Shown here piece by piece: positions 18,691 to 28,108 of a DNA stretch of 52,649 nucleotides. The stretch is from positions 1 to 52,649 of the IMG/VR virus record IMGVR_UViG_3300025096_000028, one strand, 5' to 3'. The translations under genes and the position numbers were made by a program. How positions within the stretch are numbered: position 1 is the first letter of the stretch; every line of letters starts with the position of its first letter. Origin of the DNA: a virus. Taxonomy: Duplodnaviria > Caudoviricetes. The notes below the pieces were generated by a model. That model did no database searches and was not told the DNA's origin. It saw only the letters and a program-made list of their open reading frames with translations.

Positions 18691-21576
18691 ATGGCTTCAA
18701 TAAGAATATGTGCTAAATCAAATAAACAGAAAAAAGAAATAAGAGCTGCACTTCAATTGCATGCTTCTAAACTTGGTCAATGGATGGGAGAAAAAGGTTT
18801 TGATAGTAGAGATATGAGGCTTACTTGGGACCAAATAAAAATGAAAACTGTTGGAGCAAAAGCTGGTATGGATGGAGATTTTAGGATAGAACATTTGCAA
18901 AAAATTCCTAAAGTAATTGCTACAGCAAAATATAGATTAACAAGAAATAGAAATGATATAGTTAATGCTATTCTTCAGCCTCAAGACAGGGCTAAAGATT
19001 GGGGTGTAGTTGACAGGTTTAATGAAAATATATTTCGTTCTGTTAATGAATATGCAGGTAATAATCAAACAAACGCTGCTTCATATCAAAACCTTTGGAA
19101 ATTTATAGCAGAAGGTTCAGCTATACTAGGAGCAAAATCAAGAAATAATCCTTTAGGTAAAATTTATAAAAATCCAAATCAACTTGCTAAAGTTGTTGAT
19201 AGGCTATTTTCAGAATATGATTTAGCTCAAGCAAATGGAGATGTAAACCTTGCAAGAGAATTATATGAAGGAAATCCTAGAAAAGGAATAGTTGGAATAA
19301 ATAAGATAATGAGACAAGGGCAAGGTAAAATATTTAAAGAAGTGTATGATTTAATTTTGCAACCAAAAATAAATAGCGGTGGAAAATTAGGATATAAAGA
19401 ATTTGCAGAACGAAGGGGATATACTGAACAAGCTAAAAATGCAGCAGAGATATGGCATAATGAATTACATCCAAGAGGAAGAATACAAATAAAAAAAGGT
19501 ATAGAAAATTTTAGAAATTCAATAAAGAATAAAAGACATATATTTGGGCACTTAACAGATTCAAATGGTCGTTTATTATATGATAGAGTTGTTAAAAATC
19601 TTGATGGTGTAATTAAAGAATACAATGATAGAAAGAATCAAAAGGAAGGATTTTATCCTATATTTTCAATGGAAGTTTTACCTTCTATAACTGAAGCTTC
19701 TAGATTAATGCTTCATGCAAACAAAAAGAATCCAGAAAAAGATATTCGACAGGGAGCAAGTGTATTAGAAAAAATAGAAAAAGTATTTAAAGAAAATAAA
19801 AATTTGCATACAAATTTAAGAGATAACAAAATTAATAATGATAAAGCTAGTGCTAACATATTTTATGTATTAGATGCATATAGTAAAAATGCTTCTAGAT
19901 TTAATATGGTAACTTATAATACAGCTCAATATTTAAAAGTTATGGAAAGTTTATATAAGTTTGAAGGAACTGAGATGGAAACTAAGATGAAACAAATGGA
20001 AGAATTTATTGACCATCAGTATTCAATTATTAGTGGTCAAAAAGCTGGAGAGAATAAAGCATTAAATGATATTACAAGAGCTATAACATCATATCAATTT
20101 GCTTCTAAGCTAGGTTTAAACCTTAGAAGTGCGGCTAGAAATGCAACTCAAAGTTTATTAAATTATGTTCATTTTGGAGCTATTAATTTATATAAATCAT
20201 ATAAAGAAATGCTAGACCCTAAAATGAAAACAAGAATAAATCAAGGGCTACAAGATAATGGTATTTTATTTGCAGACCTTAAAGAGGGACCTCTGACTGG
20301 TTTTATTAATAAATCTGAATATAGTCTTGAAAAAGGAATTTTTGAAACTAAAAAAGGAGTAAATGCTGATTACTTACATAGATTTGCAGATTCTATTGAC
20401 AAAATAGCAGATACAACAGGTTGGGCTATGCAATTTGTTGAGAATAAATTAAATCGTAAGTTAACATATAAAATTGGATATAGTTTAGCTTGGAAAAGCA
20501 TGAAGAGTGATAATACTTATCACCAACAATTATTTATGAATCAAATTAATAAACAATTAAAAAGAGAAGGTATTTCTAAAGGTGAAATAAAAAAATTAGA
20601 AGCCAATAATTATAGAGATTTGCAAAAAGAAGGAACTCATCAAATATTTAAGGAAGGAGATTCTACTCACATGCAATTTTTGTATGAAAATTATTTACGT
20701 AGAAAAGCAAATAATGCTGGTGTTTGGGCTACTAGAGAACTTCATTATGATTATTCAGCTACAGGAAAATCTCAATTTATGACTACTAAACCTGGTGCTG
20801 TAATGTTTCAATTCCAACATTTTAGTATGAGTTATTTTAATTATCAAAGAAAGATAGCAAGAAATTATGCAGAAGATTTATCTTCTGGTTTGTGGAATAC
20901 CCCAGAAGGTGGTAGAGCTTTTAGATTAGCAATGCTATATGGAGTAATAACTCCTTTATTTGAAGTTGCAATTCCTGGAGGAGCAAGATTTAGCAACCTT
21001 GTACAAAACGATACAGCAGAAAGAATTATTCAAATTAGAGATTATATATTAGAAGGAAATGAAGGTATGACCACAGATTCTAAAGGTAATTTAGTTGAAT
21101 ATGATAAGAGAGAAGGTAGAGGTTCTTTTTATGGAAAAGGTCCTTTTATTGGTTTATTGGGTGGACCTATGATTTCAGACTTAGTTACTTTAAATAATTT
21201 AGCGGATTTATATGATTTAGATGAAGATGGATGGGCAGCTATGCTTAGTGGTTATCAAGATTATTCAGATAAGTCAACAAATGAAAAATGGGATATTCTC
21301 TGGAAGACAATAAATAGAGGTAGTCAAAGAATGACAAATTTTTGGACTGGAAAAGGAACTTTTGGAAGCCAGGTTCAAAGTAGTTTTGGGTTGTTTCCAA
21401 ACCAGGATATTTTGGACAAAAGACAACAGGTTAGAAGTTGGTTTGAAAAATTGGGGATTATGGAACCTGATAAAAAGAAACCTAAAACAGTTAAACCTCG
21501 AAGTATATCTCCTGATATAGATAAAAGCTTAACTACTTTAGGTAGAACTGGTGGTAGAGCTGCGGGAAGTTATTAA
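18691..21576 (+). CDS. Large ejection/cargo protein
   Basis: LGLNLRSAARNATQ and HYDYS...MFQFQHF motifs resemble C-terminal regions of large podovirus ejection proteins; one Cys at residue 7. Confidence 0.6.
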   Translation: MASIRICAKSNKQKKEIRAALQLHASKLGQWMGEKGFDSRDMRLTWDQIKMKTVGAKAGMDGDFRIEHLQKIPKVIATAKYRLTRNRNDIVNAILQPQDRAKDWGVVDRFNENIFRSVNEYAGNNQTNAASYQNLWKFIAEGSAILGAKSRNNPLGKIYKNPNQLAKVVDRLFSEYDLAQANGDVNLARELYEGNPRKGIVGINKIMRQGQGKIFKEVYDLILQPKINSGGKLGYKEFAERRGYTEQAKNAAEIWHNELHPRGRIQIKKGIENFRNSIKNKRHIFGHLTDSNGRLLYDRVVKNLDGVIKEYNDRKNQKEGFYPIFSMEVLPSITEASRLMLHANKKNPEKDIRQGASVLEKIEKVFKENKNLHTNLRDNKINNDKASANIFYVLDAYSKNASRFNMVTYNTAQYLKVMESLYKFEGTEMETKMKQMEEFIDHQYSIISGQKAGENKALNDITRAITSYQFASKLGLNLRSAARNATQSLLNYVHFGAINLYKSYKEMLDPKMKTRINQGLQDNGILFADLKEGPLTGFINKSEYSLEKGIFETKKGVNADYLHRFADSIDKIADTTGWAMQFVENKLNRKLTYKIGYSLAWKSMKSDNTYHQQLFMNQINKQLKREGISKGEIKKLEANNYRDLQKEGTHQIFKEGDSTHMQFLYENYLRRKANNAGVWATRELHYDYSATGKSQFMTTKPGAVMFQFQHFSMSYFNYQRKIARNYAEDLSSGLWNTPEGGRAFRLAMLYGVITPLFEVAIPGGARFSNLVQNDTAERIIQIRDYILEGNEGMTTDSKGNLVEYDKREGRGSFYGKGPFIGLLGGPMISDLVTLNNLADLYDLDEDGWAAMLSGYQDYSDKSTNEKWDILWKTINRGSQRMTNFWTGKGTFGSQVQSSFGLFPNQDILDKRQQVRSWFEKLGIMEPDKKKPKTVKPRSISPDIDKSLTTLGRTGGRAAGSY

Positions 21577-21743
21577 TTTTTTTCTGAATTAGCTTTTTTG
21601 ATATAATATCTTTTAAGTTCCATTAGTTTACTAAATGCTTCTTTTAAGGCTTTTCTGTTTTTATCGTTTAGTTCAAAATTGTTTATAGTTTTTAACATTT
21701 CTTCGTTTTCTGTAATGGTTTTTAAAATAGAATTTAGATTCAT
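21573..21743 (-). CDS. Hypothetical protein, 56 aa (not in ORF track)
   Basis: MNLNSILKTITENEEML...; AGGAG SD, ATGA overlap with the RuvC-like gene; its stop overlaps the stop of the convergent + strand gene. Confidence 0.65.
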   Translation of the reverse strand: MNLNSILKTITENEEMLKTINNFELNDKNRKALKEAFSKLMELKRYYIKKANSEKN

Positions 21744-22195
21744 TTTTTCTCCTTTAATGCGTACATTCCAATACAGATTGCGTCTGCATTCTTTAATGTA
21801 ACTTTGTGATTATTACCTGCCCAATCTTGAGCAACTTTCTTAAAATATCTTTTTCGTTCTGTATAGTCTTTTGGTATATCTTCTCCAATGGACTGTTGCC
21901 ATGTCTTAGGCAATACATCTATTCTGTTCAATTTTAGACTAGCTATAATTCCAAGCCAGATTCCGTAATTTTCTCCAAAAGTAAAAGCCCCTCTTTCATA
22001 AGGTCTAGCCCAAACTCTTTCTATGTATACTGTAGGTTTTTTTCTTGCTATAGCATTTCTTATAACTTTAACCATATCTTTAGGGTCCCTGGAAGCAGGA
22101 CAATTGGTAGTGAATTGGAGGTTCATCGAGTCGAAGAAAGCAACTGCCCCACTCCATCCAGGGTCTATTGTGATAAGATATTTTGAATGAATCAT
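21740..22195 (-). CDS. RuvC-like Holliday junction resolvase
   Basis: ITIDPG, VYIE, FGENYGIW, PKTWQ and ADAICI RNase H-fold motifs. Confidence 0.8.
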   Translation of the reverse strand: MIHSKYLITIDPGWSGAVAFFDSMNLQFTTNCPASRDPKDMVKVIRNAIARKKPTVYIERVWARPYERGAFTFGENYGIWLGIIASLKLNRIDVLPKTWQQSIGEDIPKDYTERKRYFKKVAQDWAGNNHKVTLKNADAICIGMYALKEKK

Positions 22196-22214
22196 GCTAT
22201 TTAAATCACTCTTA

Positions 22215-23567
22215 TCACTTATTCATCATTTGTATAGCTTCTGTTCTGTCAAAGTATATACTACACTTATCTCCATTGAAGCCCATATTATATGAACCCA
22301 ATTGACCATATCTAGCTTTTTGACATATGATTTCAATCTCATACCTATCATTGTCTCTATTATCTACTGCATAAGGATAGTATACAAAGAACGCCGCTTC
22401 AGCAGTTTGTTCAATTACACCACTTTCTGCAAAGTCTGATAGTTTTGGTCTAGGGTCTAATCGTCTTTCAATTTCTCTATTAAGCTGCGATACTAATATA
22501 GCACTACACTTAATTTTCTTACAAATCCACTTATAGTCAAGCATTATATCTTCTATTTCAAACCTTCTGTCCTTATTCTTTCCGTCTGTACGAATAAGTT
22601 GGATATAATCATCGAGGATTACATCTGGTTTTTCCTTTCCTATCTCTTTCATTGCATCTGCAAGAGTTTTACAATCATCTAACATTATTAGATTCTTATA
22701 TTTTTCACCCAAAGCTTCTCTTTTGAGATTAATTTGAGTTATCTCTTTATCTATATTACTAGCTTTTCTAATCTTTTCATAACTAAACTCTTGAAATTCC
22801 ATTACTAAAATCTTCTTCATCATTTCAACATTAGTCATTTCACGATTAAACAACATAACTTTCTTACCTTGTTCTAGTAATCGTTTAACAATATTGATAA
22901 CCATAGTAGTTTTACCATGTCCTGGTCTACCACCAATAACTGTTATCTCACCTCTAGTCATACCACCAGCTGCTTTATCTAGCTGTTCAATGCCAAAGGG
23001 TATTAAGTTACTACCTTCTTTTAACGCTTCTACTGTATTCTCTAATATATCTTTAGTTTCAACTACTTTACTTGGAGCAATATCTTTTAACTCTTGAACT
23101 ATTTTTTCATGCTGATGTAATACTTCAACAATATCATCCGTATTTTGTAAAGTTAAGTTATAAAGTATTTGGGAACTCTTTACTGCTTTACGTTGTATAA
23201 ACTTATACCAAATATTCTTAGCGTAAGTCTCAGCGTTTGCAGTAGTAGGAACTCCATTAGCTAATCCAGTTAAATAATAAGTAGTTAGTGTATGGTCTGT
23301 AACATTATCTTTAATATCTCCGAATACAGTAACTGTATCAATAGGAACATTGTTCTTATATAATCTGTTAAATGAGTTCCATAGTTCTTGATGTTTACTT
23401 GTATAAAATGCATCAGCTTCTTTAATAACTGATTTAGCTTTTTCAAAGATTTCATCGCCTTCTAATAAAATACTACCTAATAAGGCTATCTCTGCTTCTT
23501 CATTCTTGGGCATAGGTTCCAGTCCATTTGTCTGTTTAAGCTTTTTATTGTCTGTTAATGGTTTCAT
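22215..23567 (-). CDS. dnaB: Replicative DNA helicase
   Basis: N-terminal EAEIALLGSILL domain; Walker A GRPGHGKT; DDYIQL; SQLNR; SGVIEQTA; KARYG. Confidence 0.92.
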   Translation of the reverse strand: MKPLTDNKKLKQTNGLEPMPKNEEAEIALLGSILLEGDEIFEKAKSVIKEADAFYTSKHQELWNSFNRLYKNNVPIDTVTVFGDIKDNVTDHTLTTYYLTGLANGVPTTANAETYAKNIWYKFIQRKAVKSSQILYNLTLQNTDDIVEVLHQHEKIVQELKDIAPSKVVETKDILENTVEALKEGSNLIPFGIEQLDKAAGGMTRGEITVIGGRPGHGKTTMVINIVKRLLEQGKKVMLFNREMTNVEMMKKILVMEFQEFSYEKIRKASNIDKEITQINLKREALGEKYKNLIMLDDCKTLADAMKEIGKEKPDVILDDYIQLIRTDGKNKDRRFEIEDIMLDYKWICKKIKCSAILVSQLNREIERRLDPRPKLSDFAESGVIEQTAEAAFFVYYPYAVDNRDNDRYEIEIICQKARYGQLGSYNMGFNGDKCSIYFDRTEAIQMMNK

Positions 23568-23575
23568 AATACCTC

Positions 23576-24397
23576 CTATTCTTTAAATAGACTAATTTGC
23601 TTTTCTTCTGGTACATAATTTGTAATGACCAGTTCTATCTTCTTTTCTTCGCTATGTAATTGACCAGTATACTTAATAGGTATTTCAATTATTCTCCAAT
23701 GTTTGTACATATCCCAAATTGCAGGACTATTATCATATGATAGCATAAACTTTCCCCCGCTATCATCAATTTCATGGCACATAGCACATAAATCAATATG
23801 GTCATTCCAATTAAACGAATGTATATAGTAATCATTTCGTTTAGTTGCTGCAACATAAGGAGGGTCTAAATACCAGACATCTCCTTCTTTTGGTTCATAC
23901 TTGTCAATTAACTTTCTAAAATCCATATTCTCAATGAATGTGTCATTTAGTTTTTGTCTGCTTAGTTCTAAGTCGTCTAATATCTCATCATTCCATTTAG
24001 CAACGCTGCTTAATGGTAAGAAAGGCGTTTTGTTGAATGCTGTCTTTATGATAAAGAAGTATTCTGCTGCTCTCTTAACATCTGGAATATCTATCTTGTC
24101 TTCGGCGTGTATCTTCTTTCTATAAGTCTCGTGAAGTGTTCTTGATAACAATATGTGTTTAGCATAGTGTTTGAATTTCTCGAAATCCTCCGCTATTGAA
24201 ATATACAAATTTATTACATCATTATGCAAGTCATTTAATATGTTTATCTTAGCTTTATCTTTACGAAAGAACATACTTCCTCCCCCAAAGAACACTTCAA
24301 TATATCTATCGTGTCTAGGTAACATTTTCACTAGCTGTTTACTTAGTGTGAACTTACCTCCGTAATATGGAAATACTGTAGGACAATCATTCTTCAT
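23576..24397 (-). CDS. Dam-family (D12 class) N6-adenine DNA methyltransferase
   Basis: YYGGK, EVFFGGGS SAM-binding motif, ILND, catalytic DPPY, ELVITNY. Confidence 0.9.
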   Translation of the reverse strand: MKNDCPTVFPYYGGKFTLSKQLVKMLPRHDRYIEVFFGGGSMFFRKDKAKINILNDLHNDVINLYISIAEDFEKFKHYAKHILLSRTLHETYRKKIHAEDKIDIPDVKRAAEYFFIIKTAFNKTPFLPLSSVAKWNDEILDDLELSRQKLNDTFIENMDFRKLIDKYEPKEGDVWYLDPPYVAATKRNDYYIHSFNWNDHIDLCAMCHEIDDSGGKFMLSYDNSPAIWDMYKHWRIIEIPIKYTGQLHSEEKKIELVITNYVPEEKQISLFKE

Positions 24398-24663
24398 TTT
24401 TTGGTCCTTCCTCTACCATATGTTTTCCAGAATATTAAATCATGTGCATTTTCATAATATTTAAACATCCATTTATCTACAACGCCACCAGCGTAATCTG
24501 GATGATATTCATTATTTACGCACATATTAGACATCATTTGATGATATACAGCTGTATAAAACATTTTTTCATTATGATTATCACCAATTATCCACCAAGG
24601 GTTTTCTCCATTTTCATATATATCGCATAGTTCTTCAAATTTATATCTCTTCATTTTTGTCAC
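24394..24663 (-). CDS. Hypothetical protein
   Basis: Overlapping ORF in the early operon; real start may be the Met at 24654. Confidence 0.6.
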   Translation of the reverse strand: MTKMKRYKFEELCDIYENGENPWWIIGDNHNEKMFYTAVYHQMMSNMCVNNEYHPDYAGGVVDKWMFKYYENAHDLIFWKTYGRGRTKK

Positions 24664-24994
24664 CTTTTACTTGCTTATATAAATCAATAAACGCATCATT
24701 GCTTTCTACACCAACTGGTAAAACATGAGAACAAAGCCCAGCTTTCTCAAATCCTTTTCTACGTGCATCACTCATACCAACGTGTAAAGCACCTGGACCA
24801 TTTCCTTCGTCATCCATTCCAACAAAGAAAACATCACCTTTATCTGTTTTAAAACAAAGCCCAGTACCTTCTTCTGGATAATCTTTATCCCATTCTTGCC
24901 ACCAAACATCTGTTATTGTTCTTCTTTTCAATAGCGTTTGTGCTGATTGATACCACATTTTAGTTCTATTGTATTTTTTTTGTAAACTTTCCAT
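24641..24994 (-). CDS. Hypothetical protein
   Basis: GGAGG SD; tightly packed; DDEGNGPGAL motif. Confidence 0.7.
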   Translation of the reverse strand: MESLQKKYNRTKMWYQSAQTLLKRRTITDVWWQEWDKDYPEEGTGLCFKTDKGDVFFVGMDDEGNGPGALHVGMSDARRKGFEKAGLCSHVLPVGVESNDAFIDLYKQVKGDKNEEI

Positions 24995-25228
24995 TTAACC
25001 CTCCCCATGTTTAGTTCTTAAATGTTCATTTCTTTCATAATTTAAATTTGAAATATCATCTTCTATTTCATCCAACTGTTCTTCAAACTCTTCTCTTATA
25101 CTATCTGTATCTAGAGTATATCCTATTTCTTCATCAAAAGAATAATATATGCTTAAACATATTTCTGCATCTATTTTTCTTATTTTAGGTTTGTAATCTA
25201 ACTTTATATTTACTACGTTTTTTCTCAT
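24995..25228 (-). CDS. Hypothetical acidic protein
   Basis: ATGA-coupled ORF. Confidence 0.65.
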   Translation of the reverse strand: MRKNVVNIKLDYKPKIRKIDAEICLSIYYSFDEEIGYTLDTDSIREEFEEQLDEIEDDISNLNYERNEHLRTKHGEG

Positions 25229-25596
25229 AATTCAGCCTCAAACCAACATTCACCAGTTTCTTTAATGCAATCTCTAATTTGTATTCCTAATTGTAATCTT
25301 GCATAATTAACTAATAATATACTAACATGTCTTTCATCTATCTTAAGATATTCTGCTAACATATTATCGTTATATCCACCACCTGGTCTTTTAAAGAATT
25401 TATTCATCTTTGTTAAAAATCCACGTAAATTTTTCTTACACTCTCTAATACCTTCTTCTGCTGCTTCTAAATCAGCTGCATGGTATTGTATATAAGAAGG
25501 TTCACATTCTGTTGCTCCAAAGTGTTCTCCATCATCTGAAGATTGTACAGCAAACCAGAATTTTCCTTCTATGTCTCCGTGATAATATCTACCCAT
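25225..25596 (-). CDS. Hypothetical protein
   Basis: AGGAG SD; MGRYYHGDIEGKFWFAVQSSDD N-terminus. Confidence 0.75.
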   Translation of the reverse strand: MGRYYHGDIEGKFWFAVQSSDDGEHFGATECEPSYIQYHAADLEAAEEGIRECKKNLRGFLTKMNKFFKRPGGGYNDNMLAEYLKIDERHVSILLVNYARLQLGIQIRDCIKETGECWFEAEL

Positions 25597-25739
25597 TATT
25601 TTTCTCTCCTTCTTCTAATTGAGCTTTGTTGATTATAAAACATAAATTCAAAACCCAGTTTATCTAATTTATCAATTAATTTTCCTATTCTTTCTTGTAA
25701 TCTAAATGCTTCTTCATATTTCTTTGCTTCTTTATTCAT
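25596..25739 (-). CDS. Hypothetical protein, 47 aa (not in ORF track)
   Basis: MNKEAKKYEEAFRLQERIG...; AAGGAG SD; fills the gap with TAATG coupling. Confidence 0.65.
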   Translation of the reverse strand: MNKEAKKYEEAFRLQERIGKLIDKLDKLGFEFMFYNQQSSIRRRREK

Positions 25740-26004
25740 TTTTATGCTCCTTCAATTTATCATTAACTTTTTTAACGTTTTGGTAAAGTTTTTGATATTT
25801 ATTATCATGGAAGATAATATTATTTTTATTCAAGTGTCCCTCGTGTTTAATACTCCAAGTAGTATCTTCTTTAGTATCTTCTATTTCCTCTTCTGTAGGT
25901 ATATGGGGCATAGGATACTTGTCTACTCCGTCTTCAAAGTCTTCTGCATATCTAAGTTTATAATCATCCATTTTTTCTATTTCTTTTTTCTTAAAATATC
26001 CCAT
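25732..26004 (-). CDS. Hypothetical protein
   Basis: Coupled ORF with GGAG SD. Confidence 0.65.
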   Translation of the reverse strand: MGYFKKKEIEKMDDYKLRYAEDFEDGVDKYPMPHIPTEEEIEDTKEDTTWSIKHEGHLNKNNIIFHDNKYQKLYQNVKKVNDKLKEHKNE

Positions 26005-26252
26005 TACATTCTACTCCCTGCTGTAATTTCATCGTATTTATCTTTATTGCCTCCGCATTCTTCGGCAATCTTTTCACACCAATCAAAGTATGTCATTGGA
26101 GACACTTCATCATTGCAATTATTACACCAATAATTAGTATAATCATCTGGTTCTGTAATCTTACCAGTGTTCATATTAACCCATGCTTTTTCATCTACTT
26201 CTTCTGTACCGCAATAATCGCATACCCACATATCATCCATATCTTTGCTCAT
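26004..26252 (-). CDS. Zinc-ribbon protein
   Basis: CDYC...CNNC pairs. Confidence 0.65.
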   Translation of the reverse strand: MSKDMDDMWVCDYCGTEEVDEKAWVNMNTGKITEPDDYTNYWCNNCNDEVSPMTYFDWCEKIAEECGGNKDKYDEITAGSRM

Positions 26253-26482
26253 CTTTCATCCTTTTTTCTAAATTGCTCTATCCATGTATTTTGATATTTT
26301 TTAGGAGATGATAGACCTGAAAATATCCACCAACCTCTACCATTTTCTTTTGCAAGTTTTTCAGATATTTCATTATGCTCTTTTGTATAAGCATAAACTG
26401 TTTTATAACTTTTAAGTCTTTCTTCAAAACTGCTTTCACATTTTAAGGGATTGTTGTTTTTATCATGTAAACTTAAACTCAT
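26249..26482 (-). CDS. Hypothetical protein
   Basis: AAGGAG SD; ATGA coupling. Confidence 0.65.
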   Translation of the reverse strand: MSLSLHDKNNNPLKCESSFEERLKSYKTVYAYTKEHNEISEKLAKENGRGWWIFSGLSSPKKYQNTWIEQFRKKDER

Positions 26483-26505
26483 ATTTTTTTCTCCTTTTTA
26501 AGTTT

Positions 26506-26897
26506 TCAGAACTGAGATAGGATGTCCTAAATTAATAGAACTAATTATTTCCTACATCACCTACCTCTATTCTGATGTTATAGAAAGATTCGCTTCAAAT
26601 ATGAGCTCAAACTCTGTCCCCAACCGATTATATTAAAGGTATCGCCCTAGGGTTCGGTCCGTCATTGAGTTTTACGATATAAGTTTTCTTCATATCAACT
26701 TTCTAATTATTACTACAGAATAAGGCAAAACCTTGTGTACCTGGTATTGAATAGTTATCGGTCTTCAACTATCACAAGGAATGATTACATGTGCGTCTTC
26801 TGTAGTTTTACTAGCAAGTTTCAGAACTGAGGTGAGGCTTTGTTGGAATGATTTAATCGGTTTTCCTAAAGTTCCGAACCTTCCACCTCTATTCTGA
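26506..26897 (-). ncRNA. Array of four stem-closed structured RNA elements (26506-26575, 26581-26705, 26712-26806, 26821-26897)
   Basis: Each element is bounded by an inverted repeat; first and last share UCAGAAUAGAGGU...CUCAGUUCUGA; G-U pairs fit the - strand. Confidence 0.65.
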
Positions 26898-26946
26898 TTT
26901 AAGCCACTCAGGAACCTTTATTAAGAAGCTATCTCCTTTTAGGAAC

Positions 26947-27720
26947 CTAAGCTCTTGCTAATCTTGTTATTGTTGGATAAATCTGATTCTCCATAATATG
27001 AATAGACTCTCTATCTCTATGTGCAACGTGTGTCGCTACATAAGTACAAGCATTCAATAAATCCCAATATGTATTCATATTATTATTTAAACAATACCTT
27101 GTAAAATCTTCCATATATTGTTGTGGAATCAATTTAGCCATATCAACTAAATGTTTACTTCTTAACTTAGTCTTTGTTAGTCTTGGAAATTCTGTTTCAA
27201 ACATCTGAACTAACATAGCAACTGTATCAGTAATAGTACTATCTATTTCACCAATACTAGTATTATTATTCTTATGTACAGCTTTCTTCTTTGTTAAGAC
27301 ATTACCAATTGTCAATCCATTTAAGCATACAAGCCTAAATGCACCACCCATAATATTAACAGATGTAGTACCATCGTAACTATTTGCTACTATTAATTGT
27401 GGATTTATTAAATCTCCTTTTTCAATTTTAACTTCAGTCTTAGGGAAATTCCATTTCCAAATAGCTCTTTGACCATTTGAGAATGTTCTAGCTTCTGATA
27501 ACTCAGCACCAGAACCTTTTAATACTTTTTGAACTTTATTAACAACTGATTTGTTGTCAACTACTTTGTATTCATCAGTCATACAAGATAATACATCTCC
27601 TGTATCTTCTCTTATGATGAATTTATGACCTGTTCCTTCTGTTCTCATTACATCATCTGCGAGAACTGCTGGAACCTCCTTTACTGGAAACAGCGTTTCC
27701 TCCATTGCTACTATAGACAT
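26947..27720 (-). CDS. DUF932-family protein
   Basis: IIREDTGDVLS..YKVVDN, NSYDGTTS and FRLVCLNGL motifs. Confidence 0.8.
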   Translation of the reverse strand: MSIVAMEETLFPVKEVPAVLADDVMRTEGTGHKFIIREDTGDVLSCMTDEYKVVDNKSVVNKVQKVLKGSGAELSEARTFSNGQRAIWKWNFPKTEVKIEKGDLINPQLIVANSYDGTTSVNIMGGAFRLVCLNGLTIGNVLTKKKAVHKNNNTSIGEIDSTITDTVAMLVQMFETEFPRLTKTKLRSKHLVDMAKLIPQQYMEDFTRYCLNNNMNTYWDLLNACTYVATHVAHRDRESIHIMENQIYPTITRLARA

Positions 27721-28108
27721 TTTTATACTCTCCTCTTTCTACTTTTACTTTCTTTGGTGTTCTACCAAACTTTTTTATTTCATTTTTTAACATCTTATCT
27801 TCATTTTCATATCCAGATACTATCATTTGCTGTAAATATGCAAATCCTTTACCTTGATATACGTGTTCATCCATATTGTATCTGTATACGATACGTTCTA
27901 TTGTTTCATCAGGTATATTAGATATTGCTTGCAGGAAATAGAATGTCTTTTGATTATCCTTCTCAGAAGGAATATTTTGTCGAATTAATTTTATAACTCT
28001 TTGTAATCTTCTTTGACATAATTGATTTCTTTTTTCCAAAAGCGAAATGATACGCCTTGTTGGGTTGTATTTTCTTGTGCTGTCGTGTCCACATGCTACG
28101 CACTTCAT
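27653..28108 (-). CDS. Hypothetical protein, possibly a DnaD-like replication factor
   Basis: Start revised to 28108 (ATGA overlap, AAGG SD); N-terminal CxxC; KGFAYLQQMI loosely resembles the DnaD YxxxIL helix. Confidence 0.45.
   Translation of the reverse strand: MKCVACGHDSTRKYNPTRRIISLLEKRNQLCQRRLQRVIKLIRQNIPSEKDNQKTFYFLQAISNIPDETIERIVYRYNMDEHVYQGKGFAYLQQMIVSGYENEDKMLKNEIKKFGRTPKKVKVERGEYKNVYSSNGGNAVSSKGGSSSSRR

Noticed and set aside
18862-18882. AGMDGDF in the 961-aa protein as a second RNAP catalytic motif
   Set aside because: It lacks the first Asp of DxDGD and has no upstream RxP or barrel context
26506-26897. CRISPR array, tRNA cluster or hammerhead ribozymes
   Set aside because: No equal-length direct repeats with regular spacers; no cloverleaf with a proper T-loop and CCA; no CUGANGA/GAAA core found
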